Positions 38,587 through 49,040 of a stretch of DNA of 64,000 bases are shown in pieces. The notes below the pieces were generated by a model, which saw only the letters and a list, made by a program, of their open reading frames with translations, had not been told where the DNA came from and ran no database searches. Position numbers and translations under genes: made by a program. Numbering within the stretch: the first letter of the stretch is position 1; each line of letters begins with the position of its first letter. This DNA comes from Flavobacteriales bacterium. GTDB taxonomy: Bacteria; Bacteroidota; Bacteroidia; Flavobacteriales_C; GCA-002722245. Location: the NCBI GenBank assembly GCA_045561495.1, contig JBJKXR010000036.1, positions 521-64,520 of the forward strand, in the 5' to 3' direction.

Positions 38587-41324
38587 ATGAGCTTCGATTA
38601 CAAAAAAATAATCCCTCATTTAGTTGCTATAGGGGTATTTACTTTAATTGTATTTACTTACTTCAAACCTTATTTTGAAGGTTATGTTTTGCATCAAGGC
38701 GATGTAAAGCATTGGAAGGGGATGGCGAAAGAAGTTCAAGATCATAGGTATTCAGAAAATGAAGATCCAAAATGGACAAATTCGATGTTTGGTGGAATGC
38801 CTGCTTACCAAATTACTAATGAGGATAACTCTAATAAGTTAAAATGGATTCATAAAATCTCATCATTTAACATGAAGAGTGGTTTCGGGAATATGCTCGT
38901 TGCATTCCTTGGATTTTATATTTTATTGGTAATGTTGGGAGTTAATCCATGGTTGTCAATAGCAGGGGGAATTGCTTTTGGTCTTTCTACTTATAATATA
39001 ATAATTTTATCTGCAGGCCATAACACAAAACTAGGGGCAATTGGATGGATGCCAGCGGTACTTGGAGCGGTACTTTTTATTTATAAAACAGAGAAAAAAG
39101 AATTGCTAGGGCTTTTGTTGTTAGCATTGTTTATGGGGCTTGAACTTAATTCTAATCATGTTCAAATCACCTACTATTTAGGAGGTTTAGTAGGAATTGT
39201 AATTGTTCACAGATTAATAGAATCAATTCTTAAATCTCAACTTGGAGCTTTTTCAAGAAAGACTGGAATTGTTGTTATTGGGATGCTTATAGGTGTTATG
39301 TGTAATTTTGGATTACTCTACAATACGTATAAATATTCAAAGCAAACTATAAGGGGAAAGTCAGAATTAATTTTTCAAAAGGATAAAGAAAAGGAGGCAG
39401 AAGCAAAGAAAAGTAAAGGTAGAAATGGTTTAGATTTTGATTACATTACAAACTGGAGTTTAGGAATTGAAGAAACTGCCAGTGTTTTTATTGCGAATGT
39501 AAAAGGAGGAGCTTCAAATGAATTTTTGAGAAGTCTAGAAGGTGTAAAAGACTCAAAAGAGATTAGAAAGTTAAAGGCTAGTGTTAGTAAATACTATCAG
39601 CAAAATAGTTCGGAAATTAATAATGGTGGATACATTAAAAGCTATTGGGGAGATCAACCATTTACTTCAGGCCCCATATATATGGGGGTAACAGTATTTC
39701 TTTTATTTATTCTTGGACTTGTAATAGATAAGGGATACTTAAGATGGACCGCAATTGCTGCAACTATTATTTTTATTATGCTAGCTTGGGGTAAGAATTT
39801 CGAAGGGTTTAATAGGTGGGTAGTTGCTAACCTTCCAATGTATAATAAGTTTAGAGCAGTTTCAATGACAATGGTAGCTGTTCAACTATTATTACCATTA
39901 ATCGGATTTTGGGGACTACATTTATTAATTAAGAAAAGAGATGAAATCAATATCAAGACTGTAATTATTCCTGTTGCTTCAGTTGCAGGGTTATTAGTGC
40001 TGTTTTTCATTGCGCCAGAATCGTGGTTCTCATTTACTTCTGCTGCGGAGGCTTCAAAAATGGACGCGGCGTCTGGGAATTCAGGGTTCTTAGATGTAAT
40101 GGATTTAGTACAAGATTACAGAGTTGATTTTTTCAAAGCTGAAGTTCAAAGAGCTTTGATGTATGTAGTGTTGATTGGTGCAGTTGTAATCGGTTTTGTT
40201 AAAGTTAAGTTCGATGCCAAAATATTAATGGCAGCGATTGGAAGTTCTTGTTTTAGCTGATCTTTGGACTGCCGATTTAGAGTTTCAAAATAACGATAAA
40301 GACAAAGAGCTCAAAGAGATATAAGAAATGGGTGAAAGAGAAAAGAAACTCAGTTGCTTATAAGGCGGAAAAAGCTGATTTATTTATTGCTGATAATGAG
40401 TTTAGCATAAATGGAAAAGAATATAAGGATAAGTATACTGAGGCTGAAAATACTCTGAAAGATTACAAGAAAAGTGAAGGTAAAAAGACCTCCCTTAAAT
40501 CGTATGAAAAAGAAGAGTTGAGATTTAAGGTAATCAGAGATAATTCACACTATAGAGTGTTTACTTTAGGAAATCCTTTTAATGATGCAAGTGTGTCATA
40601 CTTCCATAAGTCTGTAGGTGGTTATCATGCTGCGAAATTGATGAGGTACCAGGAATTAATTGAAAATGCAATCCATAAAGAAATGGGAGTGATTCAAAGT
40701 TCATTTGGCTCTAGGGATATAGATGTTATTGAAAATAGCATGATAAATACTCCTGTTTTAAATATGTTAAACACAAAGTATGTTGTTTACAATCGGGACG
40801 CACCCCCATTGGTCAACAAACATGCAAATGGCTTTGCATGGTCGGTTAAGGAAATAATTTTTGTAGATAGTCCAAATGAAGAAATAGAAAAAGTAGGAGG
40901 TATCAATACTAAAAGCCAGGCATTAGTTGACAAGCGTTTTCAAAAACAATTGGCGTCAGTATCAAATTTTGGTAATGATACAGCAATTGTTCAGTTGTTA
41001 GGTGTTAAATCAAACGAATTAAATTATAACTTCCAATCTCAAGGAGATCAAGTTTTAATTTTCTCAGATATTTATTATGCTGATGGTTGGAATGCTTATA
41101 TTGATGATAAACCTGTTGATCATTTTAGAGCAAATTATGTATTAAGAGGACTTTTTGTTCCCTCCGGGAATCACAAAATTTCTTTTAAATTTGAACCTAA
41201 AAGTGTGGCTATTGGAAAGGTTGTGAATACTGTTTTCTCTTTGTTTGTTATTCTCGGACTTGCATTTTTTGCCTACAAGGAAATCAAATCAAACGCATCT
41301 GAAGAAATCGTGGATACTGAATAA
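38587..41324 (+). pseudogene. YfhO-family GT-C membrane glycosyltransferase, interrupted by apparently two frameshifts between ~40229 and ~40330
   Basis: Part 1 (557 aa) is polytopic YfhO-like. A third frame 40229-40323 encodes ...VLVLADLWTADLEFQNNDKDKELKE. Part 2 (40332..41324) carries a typical Bacteroidota YfhO C-terminus. Parts sum to ~890 aa. Confidence 0.6.
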
Positions 41325-41326
41325 GC

Positions 41327-42241
41327 ATGGTATCAATTGTAGTTGCTACATATAACCGTTGCGATTTTCTTGAGGACTGCATTAAGAGTTACGAAGAACA
41401 GAATTGCGATAAATCGTTATTTGAGGTATTAATTATAGACAATAATTCAACCGATGATACCGAAATGGTTTCAAAGGAGGTTATAGAAAAATATCCAGAA
41501 TTGGATATTCGTTATATGATTGAAACCAATCAAGGATTATCTTATGGAAGAAATCGAGGGATTAAAGAATCAAAGTACGATTTGATTCACTTCTTTGATG
41601 ATGATGCTGTTGCCACTTCTAACTATATATCTACCATTATTGATACGTTTGAAAGATATCCGAAAGCAAAAGCAGCAGGAGGGAAAATCCTTTTAAACTA
41701 CTTCGAAGGTCGCCCAAGTTGGGCTAGCGTTTATATGGAGTCTATTTTTGGACTATTTGATATTGGAGATACTGAAATGGAGTTTCCAAGAAAGAATTAC
41801 CCCCGGGGTTCAAACATGACTTTTAAACGTGAACTTTTTGATGAAGTAGGTGGCTTTGACGTAAGTTTAGGTCGAAAGGGTAAAATCATGCTGGGGGGTG
41901 AGGAAAAGGAGATGTTTCAAAGAGTTTATGAATTTGGAGCTTCTGTTATTTACAATCCACTCATAGTGTGTTATCATGCTGTTCCGGAATCAAGAACACG
42001 AATTGATTTTATGAGAAATCAAGTTGTAGGAATTGGTGTGTCAGAGAATATCCGGATTAATAATTCAGCTCTTAAATATAAAATCAAACGCCATTTAATG
42101 GAAGGAGTAAAATGGTGTGCAACTTTTCTACTGTTCGCTAAATACTTATTTGTAGAATTTAACTGGGCAAAAGCTTCTTTGATTGTCAGATTCAGATGGT
42201 GGATTACAAAAGGGATACTGCAAGGGCCAACAAAAGCCTAG
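41327..42241 (+). CDS. GT2 family glycosyltransferase (GtrB/CsbB-like polyprenyl-phosphate glycosyltransferase architecture)
   Basis: N-terminal GT-A IVVATYNRCDFL ... FFDDD (DxD). C-terminal hydrophobic segments. 3-bp from yfhO. Confidence 0.75.
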   Translation: MVSIVVATYNRCDFLEDCIKSYEEQNCDKSLFEVLIIDNNSTDDTEMVSKEVIEKYPELDIRYMIETNQGLSYGRNRGIKESKYDLIHFFDDDAVATSNYISTIIDTFERYPKAKAAGGKILLNYFEGRPSWASVYMESIFGLFDIGDTEMEFPRKNYPRGSNMTFKRELFDEVGGFDVSLGRKGKIMLGGEEKEMFQRVYEFGASVIYNPLIVCYHAVPESRTRIDFMRNQVVGIGVSENIRINNSALKYKIKRHLMEGVKWCATFLLFAKYLFVEFNWAKASLIVRFRWWITKGILQGPTKA

Positions 42242-42531
42242 TGAAGTTTAACTTACATGTATTGTCTTGAGCTTTCAAAAGTGTTTGAAAACAATAAGAA
42301 AGAAACTGTTAACAGACTTATGATTCTCATTTTTTTATATTAATGAGATCTTATTTTCGAGTCTATGTAATTAAAAATATTTGGTGAAAAATATGATTTA
42401 GAATACGGATTTCTAAAATCGAAAGAAATCCCTTGAACAAAAGTATTCTCTATATTTTTCTATTTAATTCATAACTGATATTTTTAACCAGTTACTAATT
42501 AATTTTCTGAATTAGAAAAAGAAATATAGGT

Positions 42532-44130
42532 ATGATAGACGCGATTGTAAAAGCCAAGCTTAAAAAGGATTTCAAAAAGGAAAATCACCCTTATGGTGAC
42601 TTTATCAAGTTACGTAAGGGGGAGAACCTTCCTGAGCCGACTAAAGGTGCAATTGTTGTTGGGCCAATACGTATGTCTGTTGAGGCTCATTTATTTGAAG
42701 GGTTAATTGGCTATTTATTTCGATTAAAAAGATATAAGGTTTACGCTTTACTTTGTGGTAAAAAGTTAAGTGCATGTGAGTCTAAACCGTTAGATTCCAA
42801 ATTAGGTTTTCTAAAGTGTTCAACTTGTTTAGCAAAACAAGAGGCTTTTTGTGAAACGTTCGGGATCGAGCCCTTATGGTTAAATGATTATATAAGCAAA
42901 GAAGAGGATGCCAAAATTGAAAATGCCGTTGATGGCTTTTCAATAGGCAATATGCTATTTGAAGGGATAGATTTATCGTTGAGTATCGAGTCTGGAATAA
43001 TGAGAGTATTGAAAACGAGTCAGCTTACTACTTCTGAAAATAAATATATCAAACAGTTTGGAAGGTCAGCAGCCCAAACATTCACAGCTTCAAAGAATAT
43101 TTTAAATGCGATCAAACCAAAAAGCGTAATCATGTCTCATGGAACATATGCCACTTGGGGTAGTTTACAGCAGGCGTGTGAAGTTACTGAGACCCATACT
43201 GCAGTTTGGGGAAGAGGATATGTAGGAAAAGGAAATGTTATGGCTGCTCATAATAAATCCTACTTGTTTCAAAATACGTTGGAGTCCATCGATAATTTTA
43301 AGGATTTAGAATTATCTGAAGAGCAAACAAAGAAAATTCAAGATTATTTCTACAATAAAAGGAATCCAAATAAAAAGGTTGATTATGTAAACTATTATTC
43401 AACTAATGATACCTTAAAGGAATATGCTAATATTTTTGAAATCCTTAATATTTCAAAAGAAAAGCCATTGATAGGCATGTTTCCAAACATACCTTGGGAC
43501 GGGCAAGCTTTTAGTAGCAGTGAGCTTTTCCCCACAATCAGAGAGTTCATTACCGAATCTATAGAGTGGGTAAAAGGACAGGACGTAAATATTGTTATTC
43601 GTGCTCATCCAGCAGAACATCATGTAAGATCAGATGGTCAAGTTGAGACATTTAAAGATGTCTTATTTGAGCTTTACCCTGAGTTACCTGATAATGTTCA
43701 TTTCTTGGATGCAGATAGTGATATTTCAAGTTATTTAATTGAAAAGGATGTTTGTGTGGCTTTACTTTATGCTGGGACAATTGGTCTAGAGTTTTCCATG
43801 AATCATACACCTGTTATTCAGGCTGGAAAAAACTTTAATTCAAATAAAGGATTCATTTTCGAGCCAGAAAGTAAAGAGCACTTTGGAGAGCTTTTAGATA
43901 TGGCAACTAGAGTAGGGTTAGATTATTCTGAAGAAATGTATCAGAACTGTCTTAAATACGCTTATCATTGGATTTACAGAAGACATTTCCCTGAAACGGT
44001 TGTGAACTTTGAAGGTGCTCAAGTTTATAAAAGTTATAACTTAAAAAACTCATCAGACTTATTGAATGACCCTTCTATGACTCGCTTCATTCAATGTGTT
44101 GAGAAAAAAGAAGATTTTGTTTTTGGTTAA
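42532..44130 (+). CDS. capsule polysaccharide biosynthesis protein, PF05159 (KpsC/KpsS-like) family, paralog 1
   Basis: IRAHPAEHH motif comparable to the KHHPMD motif I recall in E. coli KpsS. Shares motif organisation with 45076..46647. Confidence 0.45.
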   Translation: MIDAIVKAKLKKDFKKENHPYGDFIKLRKGENLPEPTKGAIVVGPIRMSVEAHLFEGLIGYLFRLKRYKVYALLCGKKLSACESKPLDSKLGFLKCSTCLAKQEAFCETFGIEPLWLNDYISKEEDAKIENAVDGFSIGNMLFEGIDLSLSIESGIMRVLKTSQLTTSENKYIKQFGRSAAQTFTASKNILNAIKPKSVIMSHGTYATWGSLQQACEVTETHTAVWGRGYVGKGNVMAAHNKSYLFQNTLESIDNFKDLELSEEQTKKIQDYFYNKRNPNKKVDYVNYYSTNDTLKEYANIFEILNISKEKPLIGMFPNIPWDGQAFSSSELFPTIREFITESIEWVKGQDVNIVIRAHPAEHHVRSDGQVETFKDVLFELYPELPDNVHFLDADSDISSYLIEKDVCVALLYAGTIGLEFSMNHTPVIQAGKNFNSNKGFIFEPESKEHFGELLDMATRVGLDYSEEMYQNCLKYAYHWIYRRHFPETVVNFEGAQVYKSYNLKNSSDLLNDPSMTRFIQCVEKKEDFVFG

Positions 44131-45071
44131 GCTTTGATGAAATCAGAAACCTTCTTTTTAAGTGCATTGGCAATAGGTTTGATGTCAACAGGATTAGGAG
44201 CGGGGTTTTCCCAATCGATATCTAGTGGTTTAATGTCTTTCTCACTATAAATATTTAAAAATCTCCTTGCGTAGTCTTTAATAGACTTACTTGTGTGAGG
44301 AAAATGCTCTGGTCCGATTACGTTAAATAGCTCTATTAAGCCTTCGAATCTATCGTTTAGAGAAGCTTTTGTAGTGTAGCCTGAATTTACAAAATATACC
44401 GGAGTACCTAAGGCTAAGCAAGGTAAAGCGCAATGGATACGTGATGTTATAACCAACTTTGCTTGTGCATATCGATCGATTAGATCAGAAGCGTCTTGAA
44501 ATCGAGTTTCTCTGTTAGCATCTAAGTTATATCTTCGTTGTTCAATTATTTCAACTTGATTAAGATACTTTTTTGGTACTATTTTTTTTGTGTAATAATC
44601 CCTGTAGCCTTTTGTGAAATTTCTTCTAAAGGGATCAACCAGAAGAATCTTGTTATTTCTTTCAGTGAATTTATTTTCCAACGTAAGAGTTAAACATTGC
44701 GATAAATAAGCTTTAACTCCAATACTTTCAAATAGTCTTTTTGTCCCTAAATCTCTGCATCCTATCGGCTCATGTTTTTTATAGTAATCAAGGAATTTTG
44801 TGTGTATTAATTTTTTATCACTCCCATTGCTATTCGTAACATGAAAAGAAATAAAAAGAGGATTAATGGATGGGCTAGGAGGCCATTGATTGGGTTCTTC
44901 CATGAACCAACCATTACATATGAGCTTTACTGGATCATTTAATTTTAATTCTTTCATCCCTTCACGATCGATATATTCATCAATTCTGGGAAGCAAACGC
45001 GCAGCAGCGACACTTTGAATTTCGTCACCAATATTTATACTTCCTGGATATGCTATGACACCTAATTTCAT
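44127..45071 (-). CDS. polysaccharide pyruvyl transferase family protein
   Basis: N-terminal MKLGVIAYPGSINIGDEIQSVAA signature of PS_pyruv_trans (CsaB/WcaK-like). Likely start at internal ATG (track ORF 44127..45092). Confidence 0.7.
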   Translation of the reverse strand: MKLGVIAYPGSINIGDEIQSVAAARLLPRIDEYIDREGMKELKLNDPVKLICNGWFMEEPNQWPPSPSINPLFISFHVTNSNGSDKKLIHTKFLDYYKKHEPIGCRDLGTKRLFESIGVKAYLSQCLTLTLENKFTERNNKILLVDPFRRNFTKGYRDYYTKKIVPKKYLNQVEIIEQRRYNLDANRETRFQDASDLIDRYAQAKLVITSRIHCALPCLALGTPVYFVNSGYTTKASLNDRFEGLIELFNVIGPEHFPHTSKSIKDYARRFLNIYSEKDIKPLDIDWENPAPNPVDIKPIANALKKKVSDFIKA

Positions 45072-45075
45072 ATTA

Positions 45076-46647
45076 TTAATTGGTCCAATCAAAAATAAAT
45101 TTTTCGTTATTTACAATACCTTCCGTAATCAAATTAATACCGCTTAGTTTTTCAGGAAATTCCTTAGGGATAGTATATTTCCCATTTTGTATTTCTAGAG
45201 CCTCAAAAGGAATGGCCTCTCTAAAAAACCTGTAAAACATGTATTTTTTGGCTATTTTAATGTCTGGTTTAAATGGGCTTTTTCCAGTAGCTAAATCCTT
45301 TATATGTTGAAAGTATTCCTGTTTGGATTTTGGATCTATTGTAAAATTCTTATTGGAGTAATGGCTATTTCCTCCAGAGGTTAAAACAGGAATGTTTTTT
45401 AAAGCCATTTCTATGCAAACGGTTGAAAGGTGAATGATTCCAAAATCGATAATGTTGTAAATGTAAAAAGGGCGTATATTGGCCTTTTCACTTACAAATA
45501 ATAAGTGGTCAGGTAGATTATCAGGAATAAAGTTTTTCACCCTAAATTTGTCCGGAACCTTATGATACACTTCCGCGGGATGTGCTTTCAAAATTACATA
45601 TAGGTTCGGGATCTTCTTGAGGTGTTCAATAGTTTCAACTAACCATTCCTCCATACTATCGAATGGGCATTCATTGGCGTGCGCATAGGCATCCCATGAA
45701 ATATTAGTGTAAAGACAAGCTATTTTCGCATTTGTATTTTTTGCCTTTTTCACAAAATCATCAATTATTGTATAATCGGAGTTTTCAGAAAAGAGTTGGA
45801 TGTTGTCATTTTTTTGATCCTCTCGAGATTCTATATAATTATTTAGAATATTTAATTCTTCATTATTAAGTTCTCTATTTTCAAAAGAAGGCCATTCAGC
45901 AATAGGAAAGGGAGCATTTCGCTCATTATGGTAAAATCTTAAAGTGTTTTTCCTGTAACTACCATTGTATACATCGACATTGATCCCATTCATCCTAGCC
46001 ACATCATAAAGTACTCCCCATGAGATATAGATGGCGTGTGAAGTGACAATTTTATTAGGTTTTTCTTTATCGATTATATTTTGAAATCCATCAGCAATTA
46101 CGCAACCCGTATAGATAAAATCGCGAACCCATTTCACAAAGTTTTTATTATCCCAAAGAGGAAAGGGTGAAAGGAAGAATCTAATTGATGAAGCAACAGC
46201 ATATTGACCTATTTTAATATTGTTATATTCAAATTCTCCAAGTTTTTCAACTGGAGTTTTCTCAATGGTTCTTTTTATCTGGTCTTTATTTATGTATGGA
46301 TTGTATTTGGAAAGTTGATAAACAGCTAATTTGTTTTTAAAGTAGAATAACTTACCAAACCAATAATATATCTTGAATTTATACTTAGGTTGATCGTGTA
46401 AAAAATCAATAGCACCATGAGACAAATCATATTGAAGGAATGCAACGTCAGCTCCTTTTTTTTCGCAAGCAGCGGCGATTACAGATTCTCTAAATAAATT
46501 GAGAATTGAAGAATTAAAAGGACAGAATAATATTTTTTCATTTAAGATGCCTTTATCTTCTTTTTTCGTAAGAATAGCCTTTCTAACCTTGCTTGCAAAA
46601 AAGGTTAGCTTTAAAAACTGAAATTTACTTTTAAATAAGTGGAGCAT
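45076..46647 (-). CDS. capsule polysaccharide biosynthesis protein, PF05159 (KpsC/KpsS-like) family, paralog 2
   Basis: LKAHPAEVYH motif. Similar length and motif order to 42532..44130. Confidence 0.45.
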   Translation of the reverse strand: MLHLFKSKFQFLKLTFFASKVRKAILTKKEDKGILNEKILFCPFNSSILNLFRESVIAAACEKKGADVAFLQYDLSHGAIDFLHDQPKYKFKIYYWFGKLFYFKNKLAVYQLSKYNPYINKDQIKRTIEKTPVEKLGEFEYNNIKIGQYAVASSIRFFLSPFPLWDNKNFVKWVRDFIYTGCVIADGFQNIIDKEKPNKIVTSHAIYISWGVLYDVARMNGINVDVYNGSYRKNTLRFYHNERNAPFPIAEWPSFENRELNNEELNILNNYIESREDQKNDNIQLFSENSDYTIIDDFVKKAKNTNAKIACLYTNISWDAYAHANECPFDSMEEWLVETIEHLKKIPNLYVILKAHPAEVYHKVPDKFRVKNFIPDNLPDHLLFVSEKANIRPFYIYNIIDFGIIHLSTVCIEMALKNIPVLTSGGNSHYSNKNFTIDPKSKQEYFQHIKDLATGKSPFKPDIKIAKKYMFYRFFREAIPFEALEIQNGKYTIPKEFPEKLSGINLITEGIVNNEKFIFDWTN

Positions 46648-46744
46648 TTCACAATTAGATGTAACAATTTTATGACAAATTTAATCAATTACTTATAAAA
46701 ATAAGACCTTAGTTAGAGGTATGTTTTTTGCGAAATGAAACTAT

Positions 46745-47010
46745 CTTATCAACGTATCAATCTCTTTTTTGGTACCCTCAAAATCAATTGGATAATGATA
46801 AAAAGGCTTTTTGGATAAATATTGATTGTATTTTTAAAGGAATTAAACATTGGCATAACAAAAGTTCAATAGCGTATTTTTTAAATGCTCAAAGCCATGA
46901 TATTTAAATATTTTCAAATCTAATTGAAAATAATCTTTTGAGAAGTTAGGGAAACATTCACTCAGGGTATGAGAATAAATGGCTAAAAAATAATTAATAT
47001 TAATCCAAAT
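46745..47010 (-). pseudogene. degenerate remnant of a duplicate of the 47646..47996 small secreted-protein gene
   Basis: DNA similarity at both ends to 47646..47996 (46745-46800 vs 47652-47700; 46940-47010 vs 47920-47995). Reverse-strand translation gives KLFGLILIIF*PFILIP*, i.e. a decayed copy of MKKLFGLILIIFLSIYSHAQ. Confidence 0.5.
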
Positions 47011-47028
47011 AACTTATTCGCAGCTTTA

Positions 47029-47478
47029 TTAAGCCTCTATATCTAATATGGCTGAATTAGCATTATTTGATGATAATACGTTTTTGTAACCAGCTATTTT
47101 AACCCAAAAAATAATCCAAATTATTAAGTTTGCTATTGATGCAATACTTCCAAGAATAGGAATAAAGCCAACTAATCCTAAAACAGCAAGTGTTATGCCT
47201 AAACCTTTGCTGAAATTCCCGTCACCCTGAAGCTCTCTTGCATTATATTCTGCTTTTATTGAGTTACAAACTTTAGGATAGAGTATAAAAGGATAAATTA
47301 AATTAAATATGGGAATAAACATCAACCAAACATTTCCAGGTTGAACCTCTCTCCTTGACTCATCTACTTGCTTTAGAGCATTTTGAAGAGTTAGTAAGAA
47401 AAAAACTAAGATTAGTATTAATACAGCTATAAAAACAAAAGCAAATAATCCACCTATTAGTGCTGAGTTTCCCATCAT
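47029..47478 (-). CDS. hypothetical integral membrane protein
   Basis: 4 predicted TM helices, 149 aa. Confidence 0.4.
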   Translation of the reverse strand: MMGNSALIGGLFAFVFIAVLILILVFFLLTLQNALKQVDESRREVQPGNVWLMFIPIFNLIYPFILYPKVCNSIKAEYNARELQGDGNFSKGLGITLAVLGLVGFIPILGSIASIANLIIWIIFWVKIAGYKNVLSSNNANSAILDIEA

Positions 47479-47645
47479 AATTAAATTTTTTTAAAGCTAG
47501 TTAAAATTTCATTTTAAAAATTATAAATTCTCAATTAGTTTTAAAACGAATTTAAATTTACTTGAGTTTTAAATTAATGAATTCTTAATAGCCTATTATA
47601 AATTTTTTCCAAATTGTTTTTTGATAAAATTGGTTAATGATTTGT

Positions 47646-47996
47646 TTATTTTAAAATTGAGTCAATCTCTTTTTTGGTATCCTCAAAATCAAATACATCT
47701 TTTATGATATCAAACTTATCAGGATTTGAAACTTTCTTGTATCCTTTTTTTGCTAGCTCAAGTTTATCTTCTTCAAAGCTCAATTCCTGAAGTAATTTCT
47801 TTAGCTGAAGAGATGTTATACATTTGCTTAGTAAAATTTCAATAGCTTCTTTTTTCGCTTGGTCAAAGTCATGAGCTTTAATTTTTTTCAACTCTAATTG
47901 AAAAGAATTTTCCGTAAACTGAGGCAAACATCCACTTTGTGCATGAGAATAAATGCTTAAAAAAATAATCAATATTAACCCAAATAACTTTTTCAT
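47646..47996 (-). CDS. small secreted hypothetical protein
   Basis: Signal peptide MKKLFGLILIIFLSIYSHAQ. Has a decayed tandem copy upstream. Confidence 0.45.
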   Translation of the reverse strand: MKKLFGLILIIFLSIYSHAQSGCLPQFTENSFQLELKKIKAHDFDQAKKEAIEILLSKCITSLQLKKLLQELSFEEDKLELAKKGYKKVSNPDKFDIIKDVFDFEDTKKEIDSILK

Positions 47997-48024
47997 CGCT
48001 TTTGTATTATCAATATGTATACCG

Positions 48025-48417
48025 CTATTTTAAATCTTGAACTGGGTGTTTTCGTTTAAAAACCAAATTGCCTTTGTTCCCTGCATTGTCCTCATAAGTT
48101 CCTCTTAATGTTTTACCGTCCTCAGAAATAGTAAGAATATGGTGTCCCTTAGAGCTATTCCAGCCTGGTATTTGGACGGTAACATATACTGTGTATTGAA
48201 TCTGATTTCCTTTAACGATTCCTGATCCATATTCAACAAAAGGATGCCCCTGGAATTCTAAATAATGCGTCATAAAAACGGAATCTTTTTTTACCGAAAA
48301 GATAGCCGTGCAATTTGAGAAATCTGTACTACTTGAATCCGCCCAAACTCCATTGAAATTTTGAGAAAATGTAAAAAAAGGAAAAAATAAAATCAATGCG
48401 AAAAGCAACTTTTTCAT
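48025..48417 (-). CDS. small secreted hypothetical protein (lipocalin/beta-rich-like)
   Basis: Signal peptide MKKLLFALILFFPFFTFSQ. Confidence 0.4.
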   Translation of the reverse strand: MKKLLFALILFFPFFTFSQNFNGVWADSSSTDFSNCTAIFSVKKDSVFMTHYLEFQGHPFVEYGSGIVKGNQIQYTVYVTVQIPGWNSSKGHHILTISEDGKTLRGTYEDNAGNKGNLVFKRKHPVQDLK

Positions 48418-48434
48418 AAGTCTAATGTAATAAT

Positions 48435-48995
48435 TTATATCAAATTATTTTCAATAAGGTATTTAACTTTGTAAATACCCATAATACTAATGCTGTCCGT
48501 TATTTCTCCTTTAAAAACCATTTGAAATACTTCCTCGAAAGGTAACTTTTTTATAACTAATTCTTCTTCGGGGTCAGGGTGATTTTCAAATTCTTCTAAA
48601 TCTTGTGCTAAAAATATTTCGCCATATTCGTCAGAAACAGAATTGGAAAGATGGAATGTTTGAATCCTTGTCCATTTACTCGCTTTTAAACCACATTCCT
48701 CAGACAATTCCCTTTTAGCCGTTTCAATAGCAGAAACCCCAATTGGTCCACCTCCTTCTGGAATTTCCCAAGTATACTGTTGAATTGGATATCGGTACTG
48801 TCCAACAATCCATGTATTTAAATTTTTGTCAAGAGGAATCATTCCAATCGCCCAATTTTTAAAATGAACGGATCCATAAATCCCTTTAGCACCTGATGGA
48901 TTAATCACATTGGAATGGGTTACTTTAATCCAAGAGTTGTCATATTTAACCTCTTCATCAAGTTTTTGCCAGGGATTATCAGTGGATACATTCAT
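48435..48995 (-). CDS. NUDIX hydrolase
   Basis: Nudix box GGGPIGVSAIETAKRELSEECGL (Gx5Ex7REUxEExGU). Confidence 0.8.
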   Translation of the reverse strand: MNVSTDNPWQKLDEEVKYDNSWIKVTHSNVINPSGAKGIYGSVHFKNWAIGMIPLDKNLNTWIVGQYRYPIQQYTWEIPEGGGPIGVSAIETAKRELSEECGLKASKWTRIQTFHLSNSVSDEYGEIFLAQDLEEFENHPDPEEELVIKKLPFEEVFQMVFKGEITDSISIMGIYKVKYLIENNLI

Positions 48996-49040
48996 AAAAT
49001 AGTATTTATTACCTTTAAAATTAAAACAAAATTGATGAGT

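Noticed and set aside
42532-46647. Considered whether the two PF05159-like genes are halves of one KpsC-like two-domain gene split by rearrangement
   Set aside because: They are on opposite strands, each full-length (~525 aa) with its own start, and separated by an intact pyruvyl-transferase gene. Independent paralogs are the simpler reading.
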